The notes under the pieces were generated by a model that made no database searches, was not told where the DNA came from, and saw only the letters and a list, made by a program, of their open reading frames with translations. DNA of 38,876 nucleotides. Source: Shigella phage CT02. Shown here one piece after another: positions 1 through 7,367 of this stretch (position 1 is the first letter of the stretch; each line of letters starts with the position of its first letter). Both the position numbers and the translations under genes were made by a program. The stretch lies in the sequence record OP917825. The stretch is one strand, 5' to 3'.

Positions 1-429
1 GCAGCAACCTTCTTCTTGACTATGTGGGGTGGAATTCAGTGCTGGAAAACAGGATATGACGGTCAAAATCAAAACTTCGAGTTCACAAGGAACCCCGTGT
101 CCGATATCCGCCTCAAGAACATCACAGGTAAGGTAGACGGGGCAAAATGTCTCAATAGCATTGAGAGCATGAACTTCGTTGAGTTCACCTTTAAGCGCGA
201 TGCTAACAAGAAGGTTCGCCGTGGTGTTATTGCACAGGAAGTACAGAAGATTGACCCACAATACACTAGCCTGTCTGTCATGGAGGCCACCAACGAGACC
301 CCTCGTATGGAGACCTTACAGTTAGACCTCACGCCCATGACTCTGGATGCCCTAGCAGCAATCAAAGAGTTGTCGAGTCAGGTCAAGGAACTAAAGGCTG
401 AACTTAAACAACTCAAGGAAGCTAAATAA
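1..429 (+). CDS. Tail fiber (gp17-like), C-terminal fragment; reading frame is open at window start. Contains an intramolecular-chaperone / peptidase S74-type self-cleaving domain from about nt 100
   Basis: Frame 1 is open from nt 1 to the stop at 427-429. Motif NPVSDIRLKNI (S74-type Ser-Lys cleavage motif) followed by a strongly helical C-terminus (ALAAIKELSSQVKELKAELKQLKEAK). Sits immediately upstream of holin gene 17.5, as gene 17 does in T7-like genomes. Confidence 0.7.
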   Translation, partial: AATFFLTMWGGIQCWKTGYDGQNQNFEFTRNPVSDIRLKNITGKVDGAKCLNSIESMNFVEFTFKRDANKKVRRGVIAQEVQKIDPQYTSLSVMEATNETPRMETLQLDLTPMTLDALAAIKELSSQVKELKAELKQLKEAK

Positions 430-469
430 CAAAGAGGCCACGGACGGCCTCGATAATAAGGAGGGCACA

Positions 470-673
470 ATGTTGTCATTGGACTTTAATAATGAGTTAG
501 TCAAGGCCGCGCCGATTGTTGGTACGGGGGTAGCTGATGGTGCCGCCCGCCTATTCTTCGGGTTGAGTCTTAATGAGTGGTTCTACGTTGCAGCTATCGC
601 CTACACAGTGGTTCAGATTGGTGCCAAGGTAGTCGATAAGATGATTGACTGGAAACGTGCAAATAAGGAGTAA
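470..673 (+). CDS. Class II holin (gp17.5)
   Basis: 67-aa ORF with RBS AAGGAGG upstream; near-identical from memory to T7 gp17.5 (MLSLDFNNEL...); hydrophobic core. Confidence 0.85.
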   Translation: MLSLDFNNELVKAAPIVGTGVADGAARLFFGLSLNEWFYVAAIAYTVVQIGAKVVDKMIDWKRANKE

Positions 674-676
674 CCT

Positions 677-943
677 ATGAGTGACAAGACTTTAATCAAG
701 CTGCTGGAGATGCTAGACACTGAGATGGCACAGCGTATGCTTGCTGACCTCCAGAGTGAGGAACGCCGAACGCCGCAGCTTTACAACGCAATCGGCAAAC
801 TGTTAGACCGCCATAAGTTCCAAATCAGTAAGCTGACCCCGGATGAGAACATCCTCGGTGGACTGGCGGCTGGTCTGGAAGACTACAACAAAGTGGTCGG
901 CCCTAATGGTCTGACTGACGATGAGACCATCACGCTACAGTAA
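677..943 (+). CDS. Terminase small subunit (gp18)
   Basis: 88-aa ORF; strong recalled similarity to T7 gp18 (MSDKTLIKLLEMLDTEMAQRML...); RBS AAGGAG. Confidence 0.85.
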   Translation: MSDKTLIKLLEMLDTEMAQRMLADLQSEERRTPQLYNAIGKLLDRHKFQISKLTPDENILGGLAAGLEDYNKVVGPNGLTDDETITLQ

Positions 944-949
944 GTGACA

Positions 950-988
950 TACTCAAGGTTCTCCACGCGGGGAGCCTTTATGGATGTT
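950..988 (+). promoter_or_regulatory. RNase III-type processing hairpin (R18.5-like)
   Basis: Member of a 6-copy family with conserved flanks ACTCAAGG...CCTTTATGRAT around an imperfect GC-rich stem. Confidence 0.4.
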
Positions 989-1029
989 ATTTGGTGCATC
1001 TATGTGAAATCTGAAAATTGATGGGAGGT

Positions 1030-1485
1030 GTTATGCTAAAACTTTTACGCAGCGCACTCCCTTGGGTACTCGCCGGGACACTCTTTATGGGTGGCTGGCA
1101 CTTAGGGTCAACCCATGAGAGAGCGAACTGGAAGGAGGTAATCCAAAATGAATACATTGCGAAAACAAAAGCAACCGCAGCAACTCAGGCAGAGGTCAGT
1201 CGGGTATCCCGTGAGTACCAAGAAGAGATTGCAGCCATTGAAGGCAGCACTGATAGGATGCTTAATGACCTGCGTAGTAATAATAAGCGGCTGTCAGTCC
1301 GCATCAAAACCCTTACCGGACTACCAGAAGATAACGGTAGATTCGAGTTTAATGGTCGAGCCGAACTACACGAGTCAGATGCTAAGCGTATTATCGGAAT
1401 AACCCAAGCTGCTGATGCTCACGTAAGAGCGCTCCAGCGTACTATTAAGGAGATGCAGAATGAGCGACACCCAAGCAAACCGTAA
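1030..1485 (+). CDS. i-spanin, Rz-like (gp18.5)
   Basis: ORF 1018..1485; preferred start ATG 1030 directly after RBS GGAGGTG (1021-1027); N-terminal TM segment; resembles T7 gp18.5. Confidence 0.75.
   Translation, partial: VMLKLLRSALPWVLAGTLFMGGWHLGSTHERANWKEVIQNEYIAKTKATAATQAEVSRVSREYQEEIAAIEGSTDRMLNDLRSNNKRLSVRIKTLTGLPEDNGRFEFNGRAELHESDAKRIIGITQAADAHVRALQRTIKEMQNERHPSKP
1148..1402 (+). CDS. o-spanin, Rz1-like lipoprotein (gp18.7), embedded in gene 18.5 in the +1 frame
   Basis: 84-aa ORF fully inside 18.5; lipobox-like IISGC; RBS AAGGAGG upstream; resembles T7 gp18.7. Confidence 0.7.
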   Translation: MNTLRKQKQPQQLRQRSVGYPVSTKKRLQPLKAALIGCLMTCVVIISGCQSASKPLPDYQKITVDSSLMVEPNYTSQMLSVLSE

Positions 1486-3223
1486 TGCGCTAATCATTGC
1501 GCAGCTTAAGGGTGACTTCGTGGCCTTCCTGTTTGTATTGTGGAAGGCTTTGGCTCTCCCGCCGCCGACTAAGTGTCAGATTGATATGGCCCGGTGTCTG
1601 GCTAACGGAGACAACAAGAAGTTTATCCTACAGGCTTTCCGTGGTATCGGTAAGTCATTCATCACCTGTGCGTTCGTTGTGTGGACGTTATGGCGTGACC
1701 CTCAGTTGAAGATACTGATCGTCTCTGCATCCAAAGAACGTGCGGACGCTAACTCCATCTTCATCAAGAACATCATTGACCTGCTGCCCTTCTTGGCTGA
1801 GCTAAAGCCTCGCCCCGGTCAGCGCGACTCTGTGATTAGTTTCGATGTTGGCCCTGCCAAGCCTGACCACTCTCCGTCTGTGAAGTCGGTGGGTATCACT
1901 GGTCAGTTGACTGGTAGCCGTGCTGATATCATCATAGCGGATGACGTTGAGATTCCGTCTAACTCCGCAACTCAAGGTGCCCGTGAGAAGCTGTGGACTC
2001 TGGTGCAGGAATTTGCTGCGCTTCTGAAACCACTGCCGACTTCTCGCGTTATCTACCTTGGCACGCCTCAAACCGAAATGACCTTGTACAAGGAACTCGA
2101 AGATAACCGTGGGTACACCACAATCATCTGGCCTGCGCTCTATCCACGTAGCCGTGAGGAAGACTTGTACTATGGCGACCGTCTGGCCCCGATGCTCCGC
2201 GAAGAGTTCAACGATGGGTTCGAGATGCTCCAAGGTCAACCGACTGACCCCGTGCGCTTCGATATGGAAGACCTGCGTGAGCGTGAGTTGGAATACGGTA
2301 AGGCTGGCTTCACTTTGCAGTTCATGCTAAACCCGAACCTGAGTGATGCCGAGAAGTACCCCTTACGCCTCCGTGACGCTATCGTGTGCGGTCTGGACTT
2401 CGAGAAAGCCCCAATGCATTACCAGTGGCTTCCGAACCGTCAGAATCGCAATGAAGAGCTTCCTAACGTGGGACTTAAGGGTGATGATATTCATAGCTAT
2501 CATTCGTGCAGCCAGAACACTGGACAGTACCAGCAACGCATCCTCGTGATTGACCCTAGTGGTCGAGGTAAGGATGAGACTGGTTACGCAGTGTTGTTCA
2601 CCCTGAATGGCTACATCTATCTGATGGAAGCTGGCGGGTTCCGCGATGGTTATTCCGATAAGACCCTTGAGTCCCTCGCTAAGAAAGCGAAGCAGTGGAA
2701 GGTTCAGACAGTGGTCTTCGAGAGTAACTTCGGGGATGGTATGTTTGGTAAGGTATTCAGCCCTGTGCTCCTGAAACACCATGCAGCGCAACTTGAAGAG
2801 ATTCGTGCTCGTGGTATGAAGGAACTACGCATTTGTGATACGCTGGAGCCTGTACTCTCTACGCACCGCCTTGTGATTCGTGACGAGGTGATTCGTGAGG
2901 ACTACCAGACTGCCCGTGACGCTGATGGCAAGCATGACGTTCGCTATTCACTGTTCTACCAGTTGACCCGTATGGCTCGTGAGAAGGGCGCTGTGGCCCA
3001 TGACGACCGACTTGATGCATTAGCATTGGGTGTAGAGTTCTTACGCTCTACGATGGAACTGGACGCCGTGAAGGTGGAAGCTGAGGTGCTTGAGGCGTTC
3101 TTAGAGGAACACATGGAGCACCCAATCCATTCGGCTGGTCATGTAGTTACCTCTATGGTTGACGGTATGGAACTCTATTGGGAGGATGACGATGTGAATA
3201 GCAACAGGTTCATTGACTGGTAG
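1460..3223 (+). CDS. Terminase large subunit (gp19)
   Basis: 587-aa ORF; length and sequence consistent with T7/T3 gp19; RBS AAGGAG. Confidence 0.9.
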   Translation: MSDTQANRNALIIAQLKGDFVAFLFVLWKALALPPPTKCQIDMARCLANGDNKKFILQAFRGIGKSFITCAFVVWTLWRDPQLKILIVSASKERADANSIFIKNIIDLLPFLAELKPRPGQRDSVISFDVGPAKPDHSPSVKSVGITGQLTGSRADIIIADDVEIPSNSATQGAREKLWTLVQEFAALLKPLPTSRVIYLGTPQTEMTLYKELEDNRGYTTIIWPALYPRSREEDLYYGDRLAPMLREEFNDGFEMLQGQPTDPVRFDMEDLRERELEYGKAGFTLQFMLNPNLSDAEKYPLRLRDAIVCGLDFEKAPMHYQWLPNRQNRNEELPNVGLKGDDIHSYHSCSQNTGQYQQRILVIDPSGRGKDETGYAVLFTLNGYIYLMEAGGFRDGYSDKTLESLAKKAKQWKVQTVVFESNFGDGMFGKVFSPVLLKHHAAQLEEIRARGMKELRICDTLEPVLSTHRLVIRDEVIREDYQTARDADGKHDVRYSLFYQLTRMAREKGAVAHDDRLDALALGVEFLRSTMELDAVKVEAEVLEAFLEEHMEHPIHSAGHVVTSMVDGMELYWEDDDVNSNRFIDW

Positions 3224-3303
3224 TTATGCATATTGAGTGCATAAGGAATCATTGAGACCACGGATGGTCACTTTAAGAAACTCCTTAAGAATCAATGAGT
3301 TTG

Positions 3304-3326
3304 CATTAACCCTCACTAAAGGGAGA
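3304..3326 (+). promoter_or_regulatory. T3-class phage RNAP promoter (phiOR position)
   Basis: CATTAACCCTCACTAAAGGGAGA matches the T3 promoter consensus; lies between genes 19 and 19.5. Confidence 0.7.
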
Positions 3327-3467
3327 GAGGGGACTTAAAGCTACTATATAGGTTAGTCATTCAGATTATGCAATGACCCTTTATGCACTTTAAGTCTACC
3401 TCTATGATTGGTGATATTATCATTGTATAATCACCCTACCTTAGAGCAACTGAAAGGAGGTGGCTCA

Positions 3468-3617
3468 ATGTTACGCTTGCTGATTGCCCTGCTGCGTCAT
3501 AGAGTCACTTGGCGATTTCTTCTGGTACTTACTGCTACCCTTGGGTACGCAGGTCTTACTGACCACCTCGGTCAACTGGAAGTGGCCTTTTGCTCTATAC
3601 TCTCTTGTGGGGATTAA
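3468..3617 (+). CDS. gp19.5-like small protein
   Basis: Internal ATG of ORF 3408..3617 preceded by RBS GGAGG; product MLRLLIALLRHRVTWRFL... resembles T7 gp19.5 (49 aa). Confidence 0.6.
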   Translation: MLRLLIALLRHRVTWRFLLVLTATLGYAGLTDHLGQLEVAFCSILSCGD

Positions 3618-3874
3618 ATTATTGTTGATGACCGACAAGCGGCTCTGAGGGATTCGTAGGTATAGTTTCACTACACCAACTCATCCCTGTAGAGTCAACC
3701 CTAAAGGTTATACCTAAAGATGCCCTGTAGTTCGTAATGGTCTTACAGGGTCTTCTGGTGTCTCCTAGATATCCCTTCGGGATGCGCCTGTGGTCTCACC
3801 TATGGTGTGGCCTTACCTAAAGTGGTTGCCTAAAGAGACCCTTTAAGAATTTACCACAAAAATCTGAATGGGTA

Positions 3875-4105
3875 TCTCACAGTTCAAGAACCCAAAGTAC
3901 CCCCATAGCCCTCCTAAAGCCACCTAAAGCCAGCCCTACCCCTCTGGTTTAACCTTCGGTTAACCTTGGGTATCTCCTCAAGTGGCCTATAGGATAGCCT
4001 AGAGTGTTGCCTAAAGTCAATACCTAAAGAGGTGGATGGCTTAAAGAGGCCTTAAAGAGTGTCCTAGTGTACCAGTTCGATAGTACATCTCTATGTGTCC
4101 CTATC
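3875..4105 (+). other. Inferred genome left end and terminal repeat (concatemer junction); exact repeat length not determinable from a single copy
   Basis: TCTCACAGTTCAAGAACCCAAAGTACCCCCATAG at 3875 resembles the T7/T3 genome left-end sequence; followed by CCTAAAG repeats and the phiOL promoter, as at the T7 left end. Confidence 0.4.
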
Positions 4106-4116
4106 TGTTAGTCATT

Positions 4117-4199
4117 CCTAAAGTAAACCTAAAGCCACTACCTAAAGACCAGACCTAAAGCCACCACCTAAAGACCAGACCTAAAGCCACCACCTAAAG
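4117..4199 (+). repeat. CCTAAAG heptamer array including a perfect 26-bp tandem duplication (4141..4166 and 4167..4192)
   Basis: Direct reading: CCTAAAGACCAGACCTAAAGCCACCA occurs twice in tandem; further CCTAAAG copies at 3700-3720, 3826-3845, 3905-3930, 4005-4060. Confidence 0.8.
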
Positions 4200-4287
4200 A
4201 GTGGAGCTATCTTAAAGACAACCAGACCGATAGACCCACTGTTAACCTGTAGTCTGTCCTGTAGTTTCCTATAACATCCAACGTTGT

Positions 4288-4310
4288 CTATTACCCTCAC
4301 TAAAGGGAAT
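4288..4310 (+). promoter_or_regulatory. T3-class phage RNAP promoter (phiOL position)
   Basis: TATTACCCTCACTAAAGGGAAT, a one-base-shorter variant of the consensus, upstream of the early region. Confidence 0.55.
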
Positions 4311-4363
4311 GAGGGATACTTAAAGAGGGAATAAAAGATTTAATAAAAGATTTAAATTAATGG

Positions 4364-4393
4364 TTGACTTTGAGTAACCCTTAAGGCTATTAT
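4364..4393 (+). promoter_or_regulatory. Sigma70 early promoter (A1-like)
   Basis: -35 TTGACT (4364-4369), 18-bp spacer, -10 TATTAT (4388-4393); position matches T7 A1. Confidence 0.55.
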
Positions 4394-4492
4394 TCATCTC
4401 GTCAACGGGACAACGGCCTTAAAGCCACTCCCTGAGATACCGGAGTCAACCGGATAAGTAGACAGCCTGATAAGTCATACGAAAAACAGGCA

Positions 4493-4522
4493 TTGACAAC
4501 ATGAAGTAACATGCAGTAAGAT
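4493..4522 (+). promoter_or_regulatory. Sigma70 early promoter (A2-like)
   Basis: -35 TTGACA, 18-bp spacer ACATGAAGTAACATGCAG, -10 TAAGAT; near-identical to recalled T7 A2. Confidence 0.7.
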
Positions 4523-4600
4523 GCACAGCGTCAACCGGACGGATACGGTGTCTTCTAGGTGACTTAAGCGCACCACGGCACATAAAGCGAGACAAAATGG

Positions 4601-4629
4601 TTGACAACATGAAGTAAGCACGGTACGAT
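4601..4629 (+). promoter_or_regulatory. Sigma70 early promoter (A3-like)
   Basis: -35 TTGACA, 17-bp spacer, -10 TACGAT; near-identical to recalled T7 A3. Confidence 0.7.
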
Positions 4630-4841
4630 GTGCCACATGAAAGACACCGAGTGTCGTAGGTGTAAAAACGCGACATAGTGGATAGATGGCGAAAGCACAA
4701 GCGACCACGATAATAAAGAGCTTGTCGCACTTATAACGCAAGTGACGGCTAACACTGAAATAGCCTCGGCTCGACGAAACTGTAGCCTAAAGTTCTTTAA
4801 CAATCTGGATAATAGCTCTTGAGTGTACCGTATAAGCGAAT

Positions 4842-4877
4842 AACTCAAGGTCGCACTGAAAGCGTGGCCTTTATGAT
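4842..4877 (+). promoter_or_regulatory. RNase III-type processing hairpin (R0.3-like)
   Basis: AACTCAAGGTCGCACTGAAAGCGTGGCCTTTATGAT; conserved flank family, upstream of gene 0.3. Confidence 0.55.
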
Positions 4878-4913
4878 ATTCACTTAACACGAACTAACAT
4901 GAGGTAATACCAA

Positions 4914-5372
4914 ATGATTTTCACTAAAGAGCCTGTCAACGTCTTCTATGTACTGGTGTCAGCATTCCGTTCTAACCTTGATGATGAGGTGAACATGAGC
5001 CGCCACCGCCACATGGTGAGCGAATTACGTGCCGCACCGGGTATCTACGGCGAGCTTGAGTCTACCGATTTGACCGGGTGCTATCGTGAGAGTATCGCAC
5101 TGGCTCCAACCGAGGAAAAGACCATGCGTGTACTCTGCAAGAACAAAGAGCAGGCACTACAGGTAGCTCGCTTAGCTTGCAATGAGTATGAGCAAGATTG
5201 CGTACTGGTATACAAATCACAGACTCACACAGCGGGATTGGTGTACGCTAAAGGTATCGACGGGTATAAGGCTGAACGTCTGCCGGGTAGCTTCCAAGAG
5301 GTTCCCAAAAGCGCACCGCTTCAAGGCTGCTTCACGATTGATGAGTTCGGACGCCGCTGGCAGGTGGCCTAA
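4914..5372 (+). CDS. S-adenosylmethionine-degrading enzyme (T3 gp0.3-type SAMase), anti-restriction
   Basis: 152-aa ORF; sequence and length match recalled T3 gp0.3; RBS GAGGT; first gene after the early promoters. Confidence 0.85.
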   Translation: MIFTKEPVNVFYVLVSAFRSNLDDEVNMSRHRHMVSELRAAPGIYGELESTDLTGCYRESIALAPTEEKTMRVLCKNKEQALQVARLACNEYEQDCVLVYKSQTHTAGLVYAKGIDGYKAERLPGSFQEVPKSAPLQGCFTIDEFGRRWQVA

Positions 5373-5373
5373 T

Positions 5374-5529
5374 ATGAATCGCTATTACATCAACGTACCG
5401 GGCTGGGGCGGGTCTCTGACCTGCTACGGATACAACGAACGGGACGCACGGAAACGCTTTAGAGAACAACACGGCTTCGGAAGGCTTCCTAATGGGACGC
5501 GCCTATGGCTGGACGCCCGTGATTGGTAA
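5374..5529 (+). CDS. Small early protein, unknown function (51 aa)
   Basis: Internal ATG of ORF 5182..5529 placed right after the 0.3 stop; the longer version would overlap 0.3 out of frame. Weak RBS. Confidence 0.4.
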   Translation: MNRYYINVPGWGGSLTCYGYNERDARKRFREQHGFGRLPNGTRLWLDARDW

Positions 5530-5534
5530 GTGTT

Positions 5535-5572
5535 AAACTCAAGGTCGCACCGAGTGTGTGGCCTTTATGATT
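5535..5572 (+). promoter_or_regulatory. RNase III-type processing hairpin
   Basis: AACTCAAGGTCGCACCGAGTGTGTGGCCTTTATGAT; conserved flank family. Confidence 0.55.
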
Positions 5573-5593
5573 ATCACTTATAGGACTAACACC

Positions 5594-5794
5594 ATGAGTA
5601 AACTACTGGCAACATCTAAAATAGAAGGCCAATGCACTGTAACACTGCGTGAGTATTACCACGGGTCAATGGGAAGCACCTACGTTGTGCGATACGGTAA
5701 ACAGGTCACACATTGGGTAAACCCGATTTTAGCACAAGAGGATTATCAAGCCTGTGTGATACACCAAGCAACATGTGCGGGCTGGAATGATTGA
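5594..5794 (+). CDS. Small early protein, unknown function (66 aa)
   Basis: ATG 5594 is the first start downstream of the RNase III hairpin; the ORF-track start 5558 lies inside the hairpin. Confidence 0.45.
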   Translation: MSKLLATSKIEGQCTVTLREYYHGSMGSTYVVRYGKQVTHWVNPILAQEDYQACVIHQATCAGWND

Positions 5795-5813
5795 CATTAC
5801 AGGAGGATTGGCA

Positions 5814-5972
5814 ATGGTTATCTTTATCGCTGTCGCACTCTTTGCGGTCGCTGGCTGGTACTCTGAGTCACGCAAGGCCGCTCGCTATCATCACAAGATG
5901 GTTAAACTCATGGAACACTTGGACGCAGAAGGGCGAGGCCGCGAGGCTATCGAGCTGGTGAAACACGCATGA
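5814..5972 (+). CDS. Small early membrane protein, unknown function (52 aa)
   Basis: ATG 5814 preceded by RBS AGGAGG (5801-5806); N-terminal hydrophobic helix VIFIAVALFAVAGW. Confidence 0.45.
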   Translation: MVIFIAVALFAVAGWYSESRKAARYHHKMVKLMEHLDAEGRGREAIELVKHA

Positions 5973-6166
5973 TGATTCTCTTTATCGCACTGGTCTATCT
6001 GTGCATCGCAATGTACTTTATGCGAGACTTTAAGCGCGGTCTGGCAGTACACAAGGCAACGCTGAGTTACTTTAAGTGGGGATTCATCCCACGGTTTACG
6101 GTTCGTGAACGTAACGGACGCTTTAAGGCCAATAAGGTTGGTATCTTCTACATCGCAACTCACTGA
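5969..6166 (+). CDS. Small early membrane protein, unknown function (65 aa)
   Basis: ATGATG start overlaps the preceding stop; N-terminal hydrophobic helix ILFIALVYLCIAMYF. Confidence 0.45.
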   Translation: MMILFIALVYLCIAMYFMRDFKRGLAVHKATLSYFKWGFIPRFTVRERNGRFKANKVGIFYIATH

Positions 6167-6187
6167 TTAACTTAAGGACACACTGAA

Positions 6188-7297
6188 ATGACTTTCACCG
6201 AAGCACAAGCCGCACTCGAAGCTATCCGCAACCTGCCGATTGAGCGCCTGAACGAACGCCAGCCCATGCTGGTGGCTCTTGCGGCTGCTATCGTGAACGA
6301 TGAGACTCAAGACGGCGAACTGACGCAGGCCAAGGGCAATTGGGGTCTGGAGTCTATGGACTACTGGCAGACACTGGCTGAGCGTATGCGTGATGTTGGA
6401 TTTGTACGCTTGGGTAACGGTCACTTTAGCGCAGCATATGAGCACGCATTGTTACCGGGCAAGGTCATCAAGGTAGGCTTTAAGAAAGAGGACTCAGGCG
6501 CAGCCTATGCAGCCTTCTGCCGTATGAACCAAGGCCGGGAAGGTATCCCTACGGTGTACGACATTCAGCGTCATGCTGGTTGTTACACGGTGGTTCTTGA
6601 TTATCTGAACCCGCTTAACGACTGGTGCTACGGTGAGAGTGACAAGGTGCGTCACCACTTCAAAGCCGCACGGGAAATCATTGAGGAGGATTGCTTCGAT
6701 ACCGCCGAAGAGTACCCAATAAGTGACGGGTTCATTGAGACCTGCAAGGATATCCGCAAGTTCTTCTTAGGCATCGCATCGTTCGATTGTCACAGCGGTA
6801 ACATGATGAAAGACCAGATGGGACGCCTGATTATCACAGACCCGGTATCATTCAGCGCAGACGACAAGTTAAAGCCGGGTGAGTTCCACTGTGACCCGGA
6901 TGAACTCATCGCTGAGATTGAGGCGCTGAGAGCGCAGGAAGCGATTGACCGCTGTAAGGCACGCAAGGCACGCCGTGACCCTAAAGGAGACTTTCAGGTA
7001 GCACGAAAGGCCCGTGCCAAATGGCGCAGAAAGGCCTCTAAGCGTGAAAAGCGCAACGCTAAGGTACTCGCTAAGATGCGCATGGATGCCAACGAGCAAC
7101 GCAGGGCCGAGCCTAGGGCACGTATGTTGTGGGGGGATAAGCACTGGCGCAACGCTTGGGTGCAGCACATGAATGTTGACTTCGCACGGCTCGAACTGTT
7201 AGCAGCCGCACAGATGGCACAGATAGACCACAAGGCTATCGTATGGGGCAAGCCGTTACACATAGACGCATACCTTGACAAGAGACTGCAAGGCTGA
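6188..7297 (+). CDS. Ser/Thr protein kinase with host-shutoff domain (gp0.7)
   Basis: 369-aa ORF; conserved block GNGHFSAAY...KVIKVGFKKEDSGAAYAAFCRM...QRHAGCYTVVLD matches recalled T7 gp0.7; basic Arg/Lys-rich C-terminus. Confidence 0.9.
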   Translation: MTFTEAQAALEAIRNLPIERLNERQPMLVALAAAIVNDETQDGELTQAKGNWGLESMDYWQTLAERMRDVGFVRLGNGHFSAAYEHALLPGKVIKVGFKKEDSGAAYAAFCRMNQGREGIPTVYDIQRHAGCYTVVLDYLNPLNDWCYGESDKVRHHFKAAREIIEEDCFDTAEEYPISDGFIETCKDIRKFFLGIASFDCHSGNMMKDQMGRLIITDPVSFSADDKLKPGEFHCDPDELIAEIEALRAQEAIDRCKARKARRDPKGDFQVARKARAKWRRKASKREKRNAKVLAKMRMDANEQRRAEPRARMLWGDKHWRNAWVQHMNVDFARLELLAAAQMAQIDHKAIVWGKPLHIDAYLDKRLQG

Positions 7298-7367
7298 TAG
7301 AGTCTTTTCTTACAGGTCATCATGAGGTGGCCTGAATAGGAACGATTTATCCATAGTGAGGCAAGCA

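Noticed and set aside
2109-2549. Plus-strand out-of-frame ORFs inside the terminase gene (73 and 68 aa), possibly equivalent to T7 19.2/19.3
   Set aside because: No recognisable RBS and no sequence I can match; likely frame artefacts. Not excluded, but unsupported.
3618-4260. Possible CRISPR array suggested by repeated CCTAAAG units
   Set aside because: Repeats are 7 nt with irregular short spacers, no 25-40 bp repeat-spacer periodicity and no cas genes; they match the terminal-region heptamer arrays of T7-like phages.
4446-4890. Three overlapping minus-strand ORFs (88-108 aa) in the early promoter region
   Set aside because: They lie across the A2/A3 promoters and the RNase III hairpin, are Cys/Leu-rich with no RBS, and are better explained as chance ORFs in regulatory DNA.
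5182-5529. 115-aa version of the ORF overlapping gene 0.3
   Set aside because: Its first 64 codons overlap gene 0.3 out of frame; the in-frame ATG at 5374 just after the 0.3 stop is the more plausible start.
7356-7367. Upstream start for the RNA polymerase (888-aa version)
   Set aside because: ATG 7356 sits inside the RBS region; the start at 7368 gives the MNIIE... N-terminus matching recalled T3/T7 RNAP.
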